Shown here one piece after another: positions 10,869 to 20,701 of a DNA stretch of 64,000 bases. Source of the DNA: Arcobacteraceae bacterium. GTDB taxonomy: Bacteria > Campylobacterota > Campylobacteria > Campylobacterales > Arcobacteraceae. The position numbers and the translations under genes were made by a program. Location of the stretch: the NCBI GenBank assembly GCA_963662945.1, contig OY759974.1, forward strand, positions 128,001 through 192,000. The letters are read 5' to 3'. The notes under the pieces were generated by a model. That model ran no database searches and was not told where the DNA came from. It saw only the letters and a list, made by a program, of their open reading frames with translations. Within the stretch, counting starts at the first letter, position 1, and the number at the start of each line of letters is the position of its first letter.

Positions 10869-12977
10869 TTACCTTTGTTTTAATTTATAATTTTGACGCA
10901 AATCAAAAAGTTGTTTTAAATTAAATTCAATATACAATATATCTTGTCTTGTAACACTTCCATTTGTTGTATTTGTAGCAACTAAAGAATTAACATATTT
11001 TAAATTTAAAGCCCAACATTTTTCGTCTATTCCAAAGATATATTGTTTTTTTCTACTCACATCTTGAATCATATCATATTCTTCTTTGTAGCTAAGACTA
11101 TAATACTTATAAAAATCAAACCCTAATTCATATGTTATATACTCATCTTTTAAAAATGTAAGTTCATCCTTTTTATAACTATGATAAAGTTTTACAAAAG
11201 TATTTTCATAATTTACATTAATATTTGAAACTGATGAAACTATCTCTTTTAATGTATAATTATAAAATAATCTATTTGCAAGAGAACCATATTGAAAATA
11301 AATTATTAAATCATTTTCTAAATTCCCTTCTTCATATTTTTTTGTTAATTCATTATATGAATATATTTGATTCATTTTATGTGTAATTATAGGTGATACC
11401 GTTTCTTTTGTATAAAATGATTGCGAAAATCCTAAAGATATTGTTTCTTGAATACCAGAAATTGGAAATATAGATAATGTGTCATTTTGTGCATTACCAA
11501 TTAAATCTGGATTATAAATACTACCCTCTTTTTTAAAAACATTAGGCTTAGTATAAGTTCCCATTAAATTCAATGTATGTATAAAACTATCATAAGGTTT
11601 AACTAAATCTGTATAAATAGAAATAATATGATTTGTTGACCCATAATTGGCGCTATCATATAGATTATTATCATTTGTATAATCTATATTTGTATAGTTA
11701 ATTTGTTCACTTAAAGAGATATTTAAATAATCATCTAAAAGTGTAAAACTATAATTTATTGGAACATAAACTTGAGTAGTATTAGCCCCTATACCTATAT
11801 CTCGAGTATCTCGAGTTACTTTTGTGTCAAGAGAATAAGATAATTTATCCAATAATAAACTATCAGAATATTTATGTAAATTTACTGCTGGTAATGTTTG
11901 CATTACATCATCATTATTATCTTTAGATAAGTCATCATAATACTTCATCTCTAAATCACCATAATACTTATTTGTATTATAATAATACTTTAACGATGAT
12001 TCTAAAAATTTATCAGTATAAGTACTCGTATCATTGTCATATCGTGTATCTAAATAATCAACATCATTCATACTTACAAAATCTATCAATAAACCGTCTG
12101 TTGTAGTTAGATTATCAGAAAATAAATTTGTTCGTAAATAATTTAAACTCGTACCATAATGTTTACTATTCACAAGCTTATTTTCATCTTGATATTCATC
12201 ATTTTCCTCAAATATACCTGTTTCAAATTTTAAATAAGAATAAGCGGAGTCTTTATACCTATAATTGAAATATATTCCACCTCCTCTATCTGTTCTTATT
12301 TGGGGAATAAACTCCATATCATAATTTGATTGTGGTGCATAATAGATTGGTTGTGCATAAACAAAACCTTCATCTTTTGAAATTCCAATTGTTGGTGGTA
12401 ATAATCCAGTTCGTCTTGTTTTATCAGTTGAGAACCCAAAATAAGGTGTGTATATTATTGGAAAATTGTTAATAAAAAGAGTTGTATTATATGTATTTAC
12501 CCATTTTTCTTCAGTATCATAATCCCCACTTGTAAAGCTAAGACTCCAAGCAGGATTACTACAATCACAGCTAGACATTGTTGAGTTATTTAAATTATAA
12601 GTATTTTTTGTTGCGTCTGTATCTGATGAATTAAACCATAACTGACTTTTATTATCAAGCATTAACATTGGTGTTATCTTTTTAATCTCTTTATTATTGT
12701 CTATAAAAAGATATTGTGAAAAACTCACTTGTTGATTGTTTTTTATTAAATTAACATCATCAAATAATTCTATAGTTGCATTCGTTTTATCATAAATTAG
12801 CTTTTTTGAAGTAATATAATAGTTTTGTGAAAATACAACCACATCACCAACTGCTGTAATAATATTATCCTTAGTATTAAGGTTTTTTGCAACTATCTGT
12901 ATATTTTCATCTGTAAACTCAGCTGCATTAACTAACGTATAAGTAAAAAAAATAAAATATAAAAAAAATCTATGCAT
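10869..12977 (-). CDS. lptD: LPS-assembly protein LptD
   Basis: Signal peptide, SSCDCSNPAW, PIIYTPY, RRTGLLPP, C-terminal KCW; lies in the purD-RDD-lptD-PRT-pnp run. Confidence 0.88.
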   Translation of the reverse strand: MHRFFLYFIFFTYTLVNAAEFTDENIQIVAKNLNTKDNIITAVGDVVVFSQNYYITSKKLIYDKTNATIELFDDVNLIKNNQQVSFSQYLFIDNNKEIKKITPMLMLDNKSQLWFNSSDTDATKNTYNLNNSTMSSCDCSNPAWSLSFTSGDYDTEEKWVNTYNTTLFINNFPIIYTPYFGFSTDKTRRTGLLPPTIGISKDEGFVYAQPIYYAPQSNYDMEFIPQIRTDRGGGIYFNYRYKDSAYSYLKFETGIFEENDEYQDENKLVNSKHYGTSLNYLRTNLFSDNLTTTDGLLIDFVSMNDVDYLDTRYDNDTSTYTDKFLESSLKYYYNTNKYYGDLEMKYYDDLSKDNNDDVMQTLPAVNLHKYSDSLLLDKLSYSLDTKVTRDTRDIGIGANTTQVYVPINYSFTLLDDYLNISLSEQINYTNIDYTNDNNLYDSANYGSTNHIISIYTDLVKPYDSFIHTLNLMGTYTKPNVFKKEGSIYNPDLIGNAQNDTLSIFPISGIQETISLGFSQSFYTKETVSPIITHKMNQIYSYNELTKKYEEGNLENDLIIYFQYGSLANRLFYNYTLKEIVSSVSNINVNYENTFVKLYHSYKKDELTFLKDEYITYELGFDFYKYYSLSYKEEYDMIQDVSRKKQYIFGIDEKCWALNLKYVNSLVATNTTNGSVTRQDILYIEFNLKQLFDLRQNYKLKQR

Positions 12978-13413
12978 TTACAACCAATGTTTTTCCGAAC
13001 TTATCGTGAAGTGTTTGTCGAGAATCCGTATAATATGCAAGAAGAAAACCAATATAAAAAATCATCTCACTAATAATTCTTCCACCAGATCGTAATGCAC
13101 TATTTACTAATGATACTTTCCCAAAATCATCAAAGTCTATAACTTTAATTTTTGCTATTAATTTTCCAATAGTTGCTCCGTAATACCAAATAAAAAATGT
13201 TTGATATATAAACTTAATAAAAACTATTTGAAAAAAGGCAGAGTTCATTATAGTCATAATAGCAATAAAATCACCATTTGAAGCTTTAACACTATCCCAT
13301 AACAATAGCAATACCAATAAAGTTATTGATAAATCATCAATTATAAAAGCTTTTACTCTAGAACCCATAGAAGCAAGCTGTAAATTATCTATATCTATTT
13401 TGTTATTTTCCAT
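12970..13413 (-). CDS. RDD family membrane protein
   Basis: LASMGSRVKAFIID, GATIGK, RQTLHDK. Confidence 0.9.
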   Translation of the reverse strand: MENNKIDIDNLQLASMGSRVKAFIIDDLSITLLVLLLLWDSVKASNGDFIAIMTIMNSAFFQIVFIKFIYQTFFIWYYGATIGKLIAKIKVIDFDDFGKVSLVNSALRSGGRIISEMIFYIGFLLAYYTDSRQTLHDKFGKTLVVNA

Positions 13414-13422
13414 AGACTCTTC

Positions 13423-14694
13423 TTATTTTAAAGCTTGATATGCTATATCTGTTCTACACTTTTTTCCAGCAAAATGAACTTGGCCACAAAGTGCATAAGC
13501 TCTATCTCTTGCAGTTTGAATATCACTTCCAAATCCTATACATAATAAAACTCTACCACCCGTTGCTAATAGAGTGTCACCATCTTTTTTTACACCAGCA
13601 TAAGAGATATGAGAATTCTCTTTTAATACTTCATCATGGATTTCATCAACTATAATTTCAGCAGGTACGCTATCCCCATAAGGATAATTACCACTAGCCA
13701 TAACTACTGCAACACCATACTGTTTTTTAATTTTAATATCTAACTTATCAAGTTGCTTTGTAGCACCTTTATAAAACAATTCACTCACTGGTGTTTCAAG
13801 AAGTGGCATAAGTATCTCACACTCAGGATCACCAAACCTTACATTATATTCCAAAATTATAGGTTCGCCATCAACGACCATTACTCCAATAAATAAAACA
13901 CCTTCAAACGGAGCTCCTTCTTGCTTCATTCCAGCAATTGTAGGTTTAATTACTCGTTCTTCTACTTTTTTATAAATATCATCATTGACAAGTGGAGTTG
14001 GAGCATAAGCACCCATACCTCCTGTATTTGGACCAGTATCACCATCCCCTACTCTTTTATGATCTTGAGCAGCTGGTAAAACTACATAATTATCCCCATC
14101 ACAAATAGCAAAAATAGAAAGTTCATATCCATCTAAATATTCTTCAACAACTACCTTATTTCCCGCATCACCAAAACTTTCTCCACTTAGCATACCACTT
14201 ACGGCATTTTTAGCTTCCTCTTTTGAAGTTGCTATTATTACACCTTTTCCTGCACATAAACCATCTGCTTTTACAACAATAGGAGTTTTAGTCATACTAT
14301 CTATAAAATTGAAAGCTTCTTCTTTTGATGATGTTTCAATAAATGCAGCTGTTGGGATATTATATTTTTTAAGTATATTTTTCATATATACTTTACTACC
14401 CTCTAACTGTGCTGCTTTTGCACTTGGCCCAAAAATAGTTAAACCTTCTTCTTTAAAGATGTCAACTACACCATCAACAAGTGGTTGTTCTGGCCCTACT
14501 ATGGTAAGTTCTATATTGTTATTCTTTGCCCAAGAAGCTAATTCTTTATAATCTTTTATATTGATATTGCTACCTAACTTATCCGTAGCACCATTTCCTG
14601 GACAAAAAGTAATATTGTGTTTTTTATCTTCTTTTGAAATTGCAAGTCCAATAGAGTATTCTCTACCACCACTCCCAAGTATTAAAATATTCAT
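13423..14694 (-). CDS. purD: Phosphoribosylamine-glycine ligase
   Basis: [54 protein letters not shown]. Confidence 0.98.
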   Translation of the reverse strand: MNILILGSGGREYSIGLAISKEDKKHNITFCPGNGATDKLGSNINIKDYKELASWAKNNNIELTIVGPEQPLVDGVVDIFKEEGLTIFGPSAKAAQLEGSKVYMKNILKKYNIPTAAFIETSSKEEAFNFIDSMTKTPIVVKADGLCAGKGVIIATSKEEAKNAVSGMLSGESFGDAGNKVVVEEYLDGYELSIFAICDGDNYVVLPAAQDHKRVGDGDTGPNTGGMGAYAPTPLVNDDIYKKVEERVIKPTIAGMKQEGAPFEGVLFIGVMVVDGEPIILEYNVRFGDPECEILMPLLETPVSELFYKGATKQLDKLDIKIKKQYGVAVVMASGNYPYGDSVPAEIIVDEIHDEVLKENSHISYAGVKKDGDTLLATGGRVLLCIGFGSDIQTARDRAYALCGQVHFAGKKCRTDIAYQALK

Positions 14695-14980
14695 ATTTTT
14701 AATTCCTTACTATAGCTATTAACTTATCTTTATTAATCTATAGTATATCAAAACTCAACTTAATAAAAATCAAAATGTGGTTTCATTTTTTTATAAATTA
14801 TTATGGTTAGTCGGTCATTTTTGACAATCAAAATAAATATAATCAAATATTCAAAGATATTCTTATGTTATACTAAATTATTCTTTACCAAAATGTATAA
14901 TTATTATAAATGCTAAGTCCATAAAATAAAGATGAAAAGTGGGAAATATTTTTTAAAATTGAATATTTAATATAGAAAAG

Positions 14981-15170
14981 ATCAAGATAGCCGTTAACCT
15001 TAAGGTGGCCCTAAAAGCCAAAGTATTACGGTTAAGAATGTAATTTCAGGAGCAACAATCACCATCTTTAACCAAAAGTGGGAAGCGCTACACACCATCA
15101 CAAGTTACATTAACCGTATAAAAACAGTATCGGACCCAAAAAATAAAGGAAAATCCCGAACTATCTAGAT
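14981..15170 (-). ncRNA. ssrS: 6S RNA
   Basis: 190-nt relatively GC-rich intergenic block. The ends pair (ATCtAGATAG / CTATCTtGAT) and an internal stem TACGGTTA-ATGTAA / TTACAT..TAACCGTA flanks a central bubble. An extended -10 TGTTATAAT (15176-15184, minus) sits just upstream. From recollection, 6S lies next to purD in other Campylobacterota. Confidence 0.85.
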
Positions 15171-15175
15171 ATCAA

Positions 15176-15184
15176 ATTATAACA
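15176..15184 (-). promoter_or_regulatory. Extended -10 promoter of 6S RNA
   Basis: TGTTATAAT on the minus strand, 5 nt upstream of the predicted RNA 5' end. Confidence 0.75.
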
Positions 15185-15189
15185 TAGTT

Positions 15190-16347
15190 TTAATTAAAAT
15201 CATTTTGTTCAAATAAACTTTTTATATCATCAATTGTTAGCTTATACAGCTTCTTAAAAATAAACTTCATATATTTTGTTTCAGAGGCTGTAAAACCTTT
15301 TGGATCCTTATTAGATACAATCAATTCTGAGCCATTTACCTCTAGTTTTTTTAACTTATCATTAATAATTTTTAAATAATATATTAAACTATAGCCATCT
15401 TTTGTTTGTTCTATTGTCACAATGATTTGATCATCTTGAATTTTATCTAAAGCAATATCTTCTGAAATAGTAGTAATATTTAAATACTTTAATAATTTTA
15501 CAAATGTGTCACTATCCATATGTCCTATATAAAACTTACTATAAATTTCAAAATATTTTAAAATCTTTTTAGATTCTAAAAACTTAAAATCCAAAATACT
15601 TTTATGCTCTTTTCTTAAACTTTTAAGTACCCATAATAAATTATCAAAATATTTAAATGGTGCAACTTTAACTTCATGAGAATGAATTAATTTTTTGCTA
15701 TTTATCTTTTTAAAAACTTTATCTTTAAAATTTCTATTGTGAATCAAATCATCTATAAGCTTCTCGTCTTCTAAAGGTTTGGTGACCCAAACTCTACAAT
15801 AAGAAGGAAATACATTTACACCCATAGCACCTTCACTTAATATAATAAGTGCTTTTACTTTTAATTTAGGAAATAAAAACTCTAATAATGCTTTTTTCTT
15901 TTTTAATCTCTTACGCAAACTCGTTGTTGTTTTTACAATAGTACTTTCAACAAAACATACACTATCTTTAGTAAAAAAAAGTGCATCAAATTCTGTTACA
16001 TCTTTGTAACCTGCTTTATATACAATTTGAGAATTTTTATCTATCATTAAACCATTTTTCATATTCTCATAATTATCTTGATGAGGCCCTTTTAGAACAA
16101 ATTTTTCTATATCATCATTTTTTACTGCATATTGTAATAAAAGTTCATAAATAACATTTTCAAAAACTTCTCCTATAAAACTACTGTATGTACTAATATA
16201 ATGTGGATCTTCTTTATCTGGATTTAGTTTTTGAAGCTTTTGTAAATATCTGTTGTGGTAGGTATAGAAGTATAAATTATCTAAACACGAAGATGTATCT
16301 AAATACTTAATCTCTTTTGGCATTTTTAAAAAATTATTATTAATCAT
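15190..16347 (-). CDS. Hypothetical protein, possible PD-(D/E)XK-like fold
   Basis: 385-aa ORF; GEVFE...EFDALF...FVEST pattern resembles a restriction-endonuclease-like core. Confidence 0.5.
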   Translation of the reverse strand: MINNNFLKMPKEIKYLDTSSCLDNLYFYTYHNRYLQKLQKLNPDKEDPHYISTYSSFIGEVFENVIYELLLQYAVKNDDIEKFVLKGPHQDNYENMKNGLMIDKNSQIVYKAGYKDVTEFDALFFTKDSVCFVESTIVKTTTSLRKRLKKKKALLEFLFPKLKVKALIILSEGAMGVNVFPSYCRVWVTKPLEDEKLIDDLIHNRNFKDKVFKKINSKKLIHSHEVKVAPFKYFDNLLWVLKSLRKEHKSILDFKFLESKKILKYFEIYSKFYIGHMDSDTFVKLLKYLNITTISEDIALDKIQDDQIIVTIEQTKDGYSLIYYLKIINDKLKKLEVNGSELIVSNKDPKGFTASETKYMKFIFKKLYKLTIDDIKSLFEQNDFN

Positions 16348-16462
16348 AATTTATCATAGCTAATTTTTGCTTAATTTAGCTGGTGTAATCATTTTGTAAG
16401 TAAAATAGGATATAATAATTTTCATAGATACTAAAATGAACAAAGAAAAGGATTTTCTGTAA

Positions 16463-17389
16463 ATGAGTACCAAGAGAAATATAATATATGAAGAATTTAA
16501 AGATGGTGAAGAGCTAGATACACATAAAAATGATAAACATAAACCTGATAACTTTGAGAGAAAGAGAAAAAAGCTTAAAGAAAAAGGGAATAAAATACAA
16601 ATCTGGGTAAAAAAAGAAACCCTAGAATATGAAAAAGAACTCACTCAACTACAAATAGAACTTCTCAAATTTCAAAATCATGTAAAAGACAAAGGGCTCA
16701 AAGTTCTTATGATCTTTGAAGGACGTGATGCCGCTGGAAAAGGTGGAACCATCAAAAGAATTACAGAACATCTAAATCCAAGGGGAGCACGAGTTGTAGC
16801 TTTAGAGAAACCAAGTGATCAAGAAACAACACAGTGGTATTTTCAAAGATACTCTAAACATCTTCCATCAGCTGGTGAAATAGTATTATTTGATAGAAGT
16901 TGGTACAATAGAGGTGGAGTTGAACCTGTTATGGGATTTTGTACACCAGAAGAACATCATGAATTTTTACGAGAAGTTCCTCAATTTGAAGATATGCTTG
17001 TAAAATCAGGAATTGTACTACTTAAATTTTACTTTTCCGTTTCAAAAGAGGAACAAGGACGAAGATTTGCTAAAAGAGAGACTGATCCATTAAAACAATA
17101 TAAACTAAGTCCTGTAGATAAAGAATCTCAACAATTATGGGATAAATATACCATAGCAAAATTTTCTATGCTTATGGCCTCTAATACAGATACTTGTCCA
17201 TGGACAATCATAAGAAGTGACAATAAAAAGAAAGCAAGAATAAACTGTATGAAACATATTCTTAATAGAGTTGATTATCCAGATCAAATTAGAGGTAAAA
17301 GTGCTAAAGAGGATAAAGATATAGTTATTAGTGGTGCACAAGAAATTGAGTTAATGGAAGCACAAAACACATTTGCAAAGGTTTTATAA
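16463..17389 (+). CDS. ppk2: Polyphosphate kinase 2
   Basis: FEGRDAAGKGG, WYFQRY, LFDRSWYNR, KLSPVD. Confidence 0.96.
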   Translation: MSTKRNIIYEEFKDGEELDTHKNDKHKPDNFERKRKKLKEKGNKIQIWVKKETLEYEKELTQLQIELLKFQNHVKDKGLKVLMIFEGRDAAGKGGTIKRITEHLNPRGARVVALEKPSDQETTQWYFQRYSKHLPSAGEIVLFDRSWYNRGGVEPVMGFCTPEEHHEFLREVPQFEDMLVKSGIVLLKFYFSVSKEEQGRRFAKRETDPLKQYKLSPVDKESQQLWDKYTIAKFSMLMASNTDTCPWTIIRSDNKKKARINCMKHILNRVDYPDQIRGKSAKEDKDIVISGAQEIELMEAQNTFAKVL

Positions 17390-17392
17390 GAG

Positions 17393-18559
17393 ATGAATTT
17401 AAACGATTTTGAAAGAACAGACTACACAGGATTATATAAATCAAAAGTATCACACCCTACTTTTGGTAAAAAATATATCGCAAGATTTCAGTTAAATAAA
17501 AAACGATATATGAAAGTACTTGGATATGATAAAGCAGATAATTTAACTGACTTAAAAGCATTTGGTTTATTAGAAGAATACAAAAAGACTCTTATGCCAA
17601 CAAAAAGTTCTAAAACAACTCCTAAAACATCTCAAAAAGTAGTTAATACTGTTCCTACAACTTCAAATTCAAATGCAACATCTCCTTCTGAAACTGAGAA
17701 GAAAAAAATCAAAAGTCTTGAAGAAGAAAATGCTCTTTTAAAAAGTATTTTGGGTGATTATAAATCAGTTGATTTAGTAACTCTTCAAGAAGGGATTCAA
17801 AAAGTATATGATAATGCCGCAATGCAGCAATATCAAATTGAACTTATCAAAATGCAAAAATACCTTGAAAAATCTGGTAAAAAAATGATTATACTTTTTG
17901 AAGGAAGAGATGCTAGTGGAAAAGGTGGAGCAATTCGTCGAATGACTAGATTTATGAACTCAAGACATTACAGAGTTGTTGCACTTGGTAAACCAACTGA
18001 AACACAAAAAGGGCAATGGTTTTTTCAAAAATATATTGAACACTTTCCAACTGGTGGAGAGGTAGTATTATTTGATAGAAGCTGGTACAACCGTGCTATG
18101 GTTGAGCCTGTTTTTGGTTTTTGTACAGAACATCAATATGAAATTTTTATGGAAGATGTTGTAAATTTTGAACACGACTTAGTAAGACAAGATATTATTC
18201 TTGTAAAACTATACTTTAGTGTATCAAAAGCAGAACAATTAGCAAGATTTGAAAGTAGAAGAACAAATCCATTAAAACAATGGAAACTGAGTGAAGTTGA
18301 TCTTCAAGCACAAGACTTGTGGGATGAATTTAGTGAAAAGAAATATGAGATGTTAAAACGAACTCATTCTAGAAGTGCTCCTTGGAATATCGTAAGAAGT
18401 GATGACAAACATCTGGCAAGAATAGAAGCTATGAAAATTGTTCTAAATAGTGTAGATTATGATGATAGAAACTATTCTCTCAATTTTGAACCAACTGAAG
18501 AGATAAATATATCTGTACAAAAAGAACTTTCACGAATGAGAAAGAAAAGAGACTACTAA
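17393..18559 (+). CDS. ppk2: Polyphosphate kinase 2 paralogue with N-terminal extra domain and S/T-rich linker
   Basis: FEGRDASGKGG, LFDRSWYNR, WKLSEVD; ~130 aa N-terminal extension. Confidence 0.93.
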   Translation: MNLNDFERTDYTGLYKSKVSHPTFGKKYIARFQLNKKRYMKVLGYDKADNLTDLKAFGLLEEYKKTLMPTKSSKTTPKTSQKVVNTVPTTSNSNATSPSETEKKKIKSLEEENALLKSILGDYKSVDLVTLQEGIQKVYDNAAMQQYQIELIKMQKYLEKSGKKMIILFEGRDASGKGGAIRRMTRFMNSRHYRVVALGKPTETQKGQWFFQKYIEHFPTGGEVVLFDRSWYNRAMVEPVFGFCTEHQYEIFMEDVVNFEHDLVRQDIILVKLYFSVSKAEQLARFESRRTNPLKQWKLSEVDLQAQDLWDEFSEKKYEMLKRTHSRSAPWNIVRSDDKHLARIEAMKIVLNSVDYDDRNYSLNFEPTEEINISVQKELSRMRKKRDY

Positions 18560-18576
18560 ACTTTTTATCTTTAAAT

Positions 18577-18610
18577 AACTATACTAAAAATTTTACTTTA
18601 GTATAGTTTT
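18577..18610 (+). terminator. Putative intrinsic terminator after the ppk2 pair
   Basis: 12-bp inverted repeat AACTATACTAAA / TTTAGTATAGTT followed by T's. Confidence 0.55.
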
Positions 18611-18699
18611 ATCTTATAATTTAAATTACAAATCAACTACAAAGTGACTTTTTGCTATAATGTATTATGAATTAATAGCTCAAGGAATAAATAAGCTTA

Positions 18700-20655
18700 A
18701 TGGCACTAATAGACTTACAAAAAATAAATAAACAATACGATATAAAAGTTATACTTAAAGATGTAAACTTTACTTTACTCGAAAATCAAAGAGTGGCGAT
18801 CATTGGTCAAAATGGTCAGGGTAAATCTACATTTATGAAAATCATTACAGGTCAAATAGAAGCTGATAGTGGTGAGATTGCTATTGATAAATCTTTAAAA
18901 ATAGAAATGCTAGATCAACAACCAAAATTTAAATCAGGGCAAACTGTTCGTGATGCTATTGAAGAACAACTTGTAGAGATAAAAGCAGCACAACGAAGAT
19001 ATGATGAAGTTTCAGCTTTAATAGTAGAGGATTTCGAAAATCAAGAATTATTAGATGAACAAGCAAAACTTACAACTTATTTAGACCATCATAATGCATG
19101 GGATTTAGATAATAAAATACAAAGAATCCTTCAAGAATTTTCACTTAAAGATTACGAATTTAAAGATGTAACACTTTTAAGTGGAGGTGAACAACGTCGT
19201 GTGGGACTTGCAGGGTTGATTTTAAAAAAACCGGACGTATTACTTCTTGATGAGCCTACGAACCACCTTGATGTCTATATGGTAGAGTTCTTAGAATCTA
19301 TTCTTTTAAAAGAGAATTTTACTTTACTATTTATTTCTCATGATAGATATTTTTTAGATAATGTTGCAACAAATATTATTGAAATTGAAGATGGTACTTT
19401 AACTAAATATAGAGGTGGATATAAAGACTATCTTATGCAAAAAGAACAAATGCTTATCAATATGCAAAAAGAACATGATAATTTAGTAAGAAAATTACGA
19501 GATGAAGCACATTGGATGCAACATGGTGTAACCGCAAGAAGAAAAAGAAATGAGTTGAGAAAAGATAACTATTTTAAACTCAAAGAGCAAGTTAAATCAA
19601 ATCCAGCAAAAATCAACAAAATGAAATTAGATTTAGAAAGAGAACAAAAGTCATTTAATAATGGAGAAACTCAAAATAAGAAGAAAATGCTTTTTGAACT
19701 AGATAATGTATATCTAACACTTGGAAACAAACCTCTTATTAAAAACTTCACAACAAGAATTCTTCAAAAAGACACGATAGCAATTGTTGGCCCAAATGGA
19801 AGTGGAAAATCAAGTATCTTAAAAGTATTTCTTGAAAGAATCAAAATAGATAAAGGAACATTTAAAAAAGGTGATTTTAAAGTTGGATATTTTGATCAAC
19901 ATAGAGAGATGATTGATGAAACAAAAACAATTATGCATCTATTTTGTCCAAATGGTGGAGATAGAGTTGAACTAAATGATGGAAGAAATATGCATGTATT
20001 TGGGTATCTTAAAAACTTTTTATTTCCAAAAGAATATCTTGATAAAACAGTGGGAGTTTTAAGTGGTGGAGAGAAAAATAGACTGGCCCTTGCCCTACTT
20101 TTCACTCGAAAATTTGATGTATTAATTATGGATGAACCTACAAATGATTTAGATATACCTACTATTAACATACTAGAACAATATCTAGCATCATTTCAAG
20201 GTGCATTAATATTTGTAAGTCATGATAGATATTTTGTAGACAAAATTGCAAAAAAACTTTTTATATTTAAAGGGAATGGTATTTTAGAAGAAAGCTATCA
20301 AAAATACAGTGAATATCTTGAAGATGAAAAAGATGAAAAATATGTGGAGGAGATGGAAAAACAAAATCTTCAAATAGTTTCAAAAGAACTAGAGAAACAA
20401 AAAGAAGAAGAGAAACCAAAACAAAAAACAAAACTTACATATAATGATAAAAGAGATTATGAACTTCTCCCAGCACAAATTGAAGAGTTAGAACAAAAAA
20501 TAGATGAAATCAATAATTGTATGATGAATCCTAGTTGTTATGAACAAAAAGGACTTGTTGCATTAAGTTCTGAACTTGATGAAATTAATAAAATATATGA
20601 ACAAAAAGTGGAAAGATATCTAGAACTTGAAGAGTTAGTGGAGAGTTTTAATTAA
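18700..20655 (+). CDS. uup: ABC-F family ATPase (Uup-like)
   Basis: Two ABC domains (GQNGQGKST, LSGGE, DEPTNHLD; GPNGSGKSS, DEPTNDLD), GVTARRKRN linker, C-terminal coiled coil; TGCTATAAT upstream at 18653-18661. Confidence 0.88.
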   Translation: MALIDLQKINKQYDIKVILKDVNFTLLENQRVAIIGQNGQGKSTFMKIITGQIEADSGEIAIDKSLKIEMLDQQPKFKSGQTVRDAIEEQLVEIKAAQRRYDEVSALIVEDFENQELLDEQAKLTTYLDHHNAWDLDNKIQRILQEFSLKDYEFKDVTLLSGGEQRRVGLAGLILKKPDVLLLDEPTNHLDVYMVEFLESILLKENFTLLFISHDRYFLDNVATNIIEIEDGTLTKYRGGYKDYLMQKEQMLINMQKEHDNLVRKLRDEAHWMQHGVTARRKRNELRKDNYFKLKEQVKSNPAKINKMKLDLEREQKSFNNGETQNKKKMLFELDNVYLTLGNKPLIKNFTTRILQKDTIAIVGPNGSGKSSILKVFLERIKIDKGTFKKGDFKVGYFDQHREMIDETKTIMHLFCPNGGDRVELNDGRNMHVFGYLKNFLFPKEYLDKTVGVLSGGEKNRLALALLFTRKFDVLIMDEPTNDLDIPTINILEQYLASFQGALIFVSHDRYFVDKIAKKLFIFKGNGILEESYQKYSEYLEDEKDEKYVEEMEKQNLQIVSKELEKQKEEEKPKQKTKLTYNDKRDYELLPAQIEELEQKIDEINNCMMNPSCYEQKGLVALSSELDEINKIYEQKVERYLELEELVESFN

Positions 20656-20701
20656 AGCTTTTTTAGATAAAATTCATTTTTAATAAGAGAAGGATTATTC
20701 A

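Noticed and set aside
14981-15170. RNase P RNA, tmRNA or a purine riboswitch
   Set aside because: Too short for RNase P or tmRNA and lacks their signature motifs; it ends ~290 bp before purD. The rod structure fits 6S.
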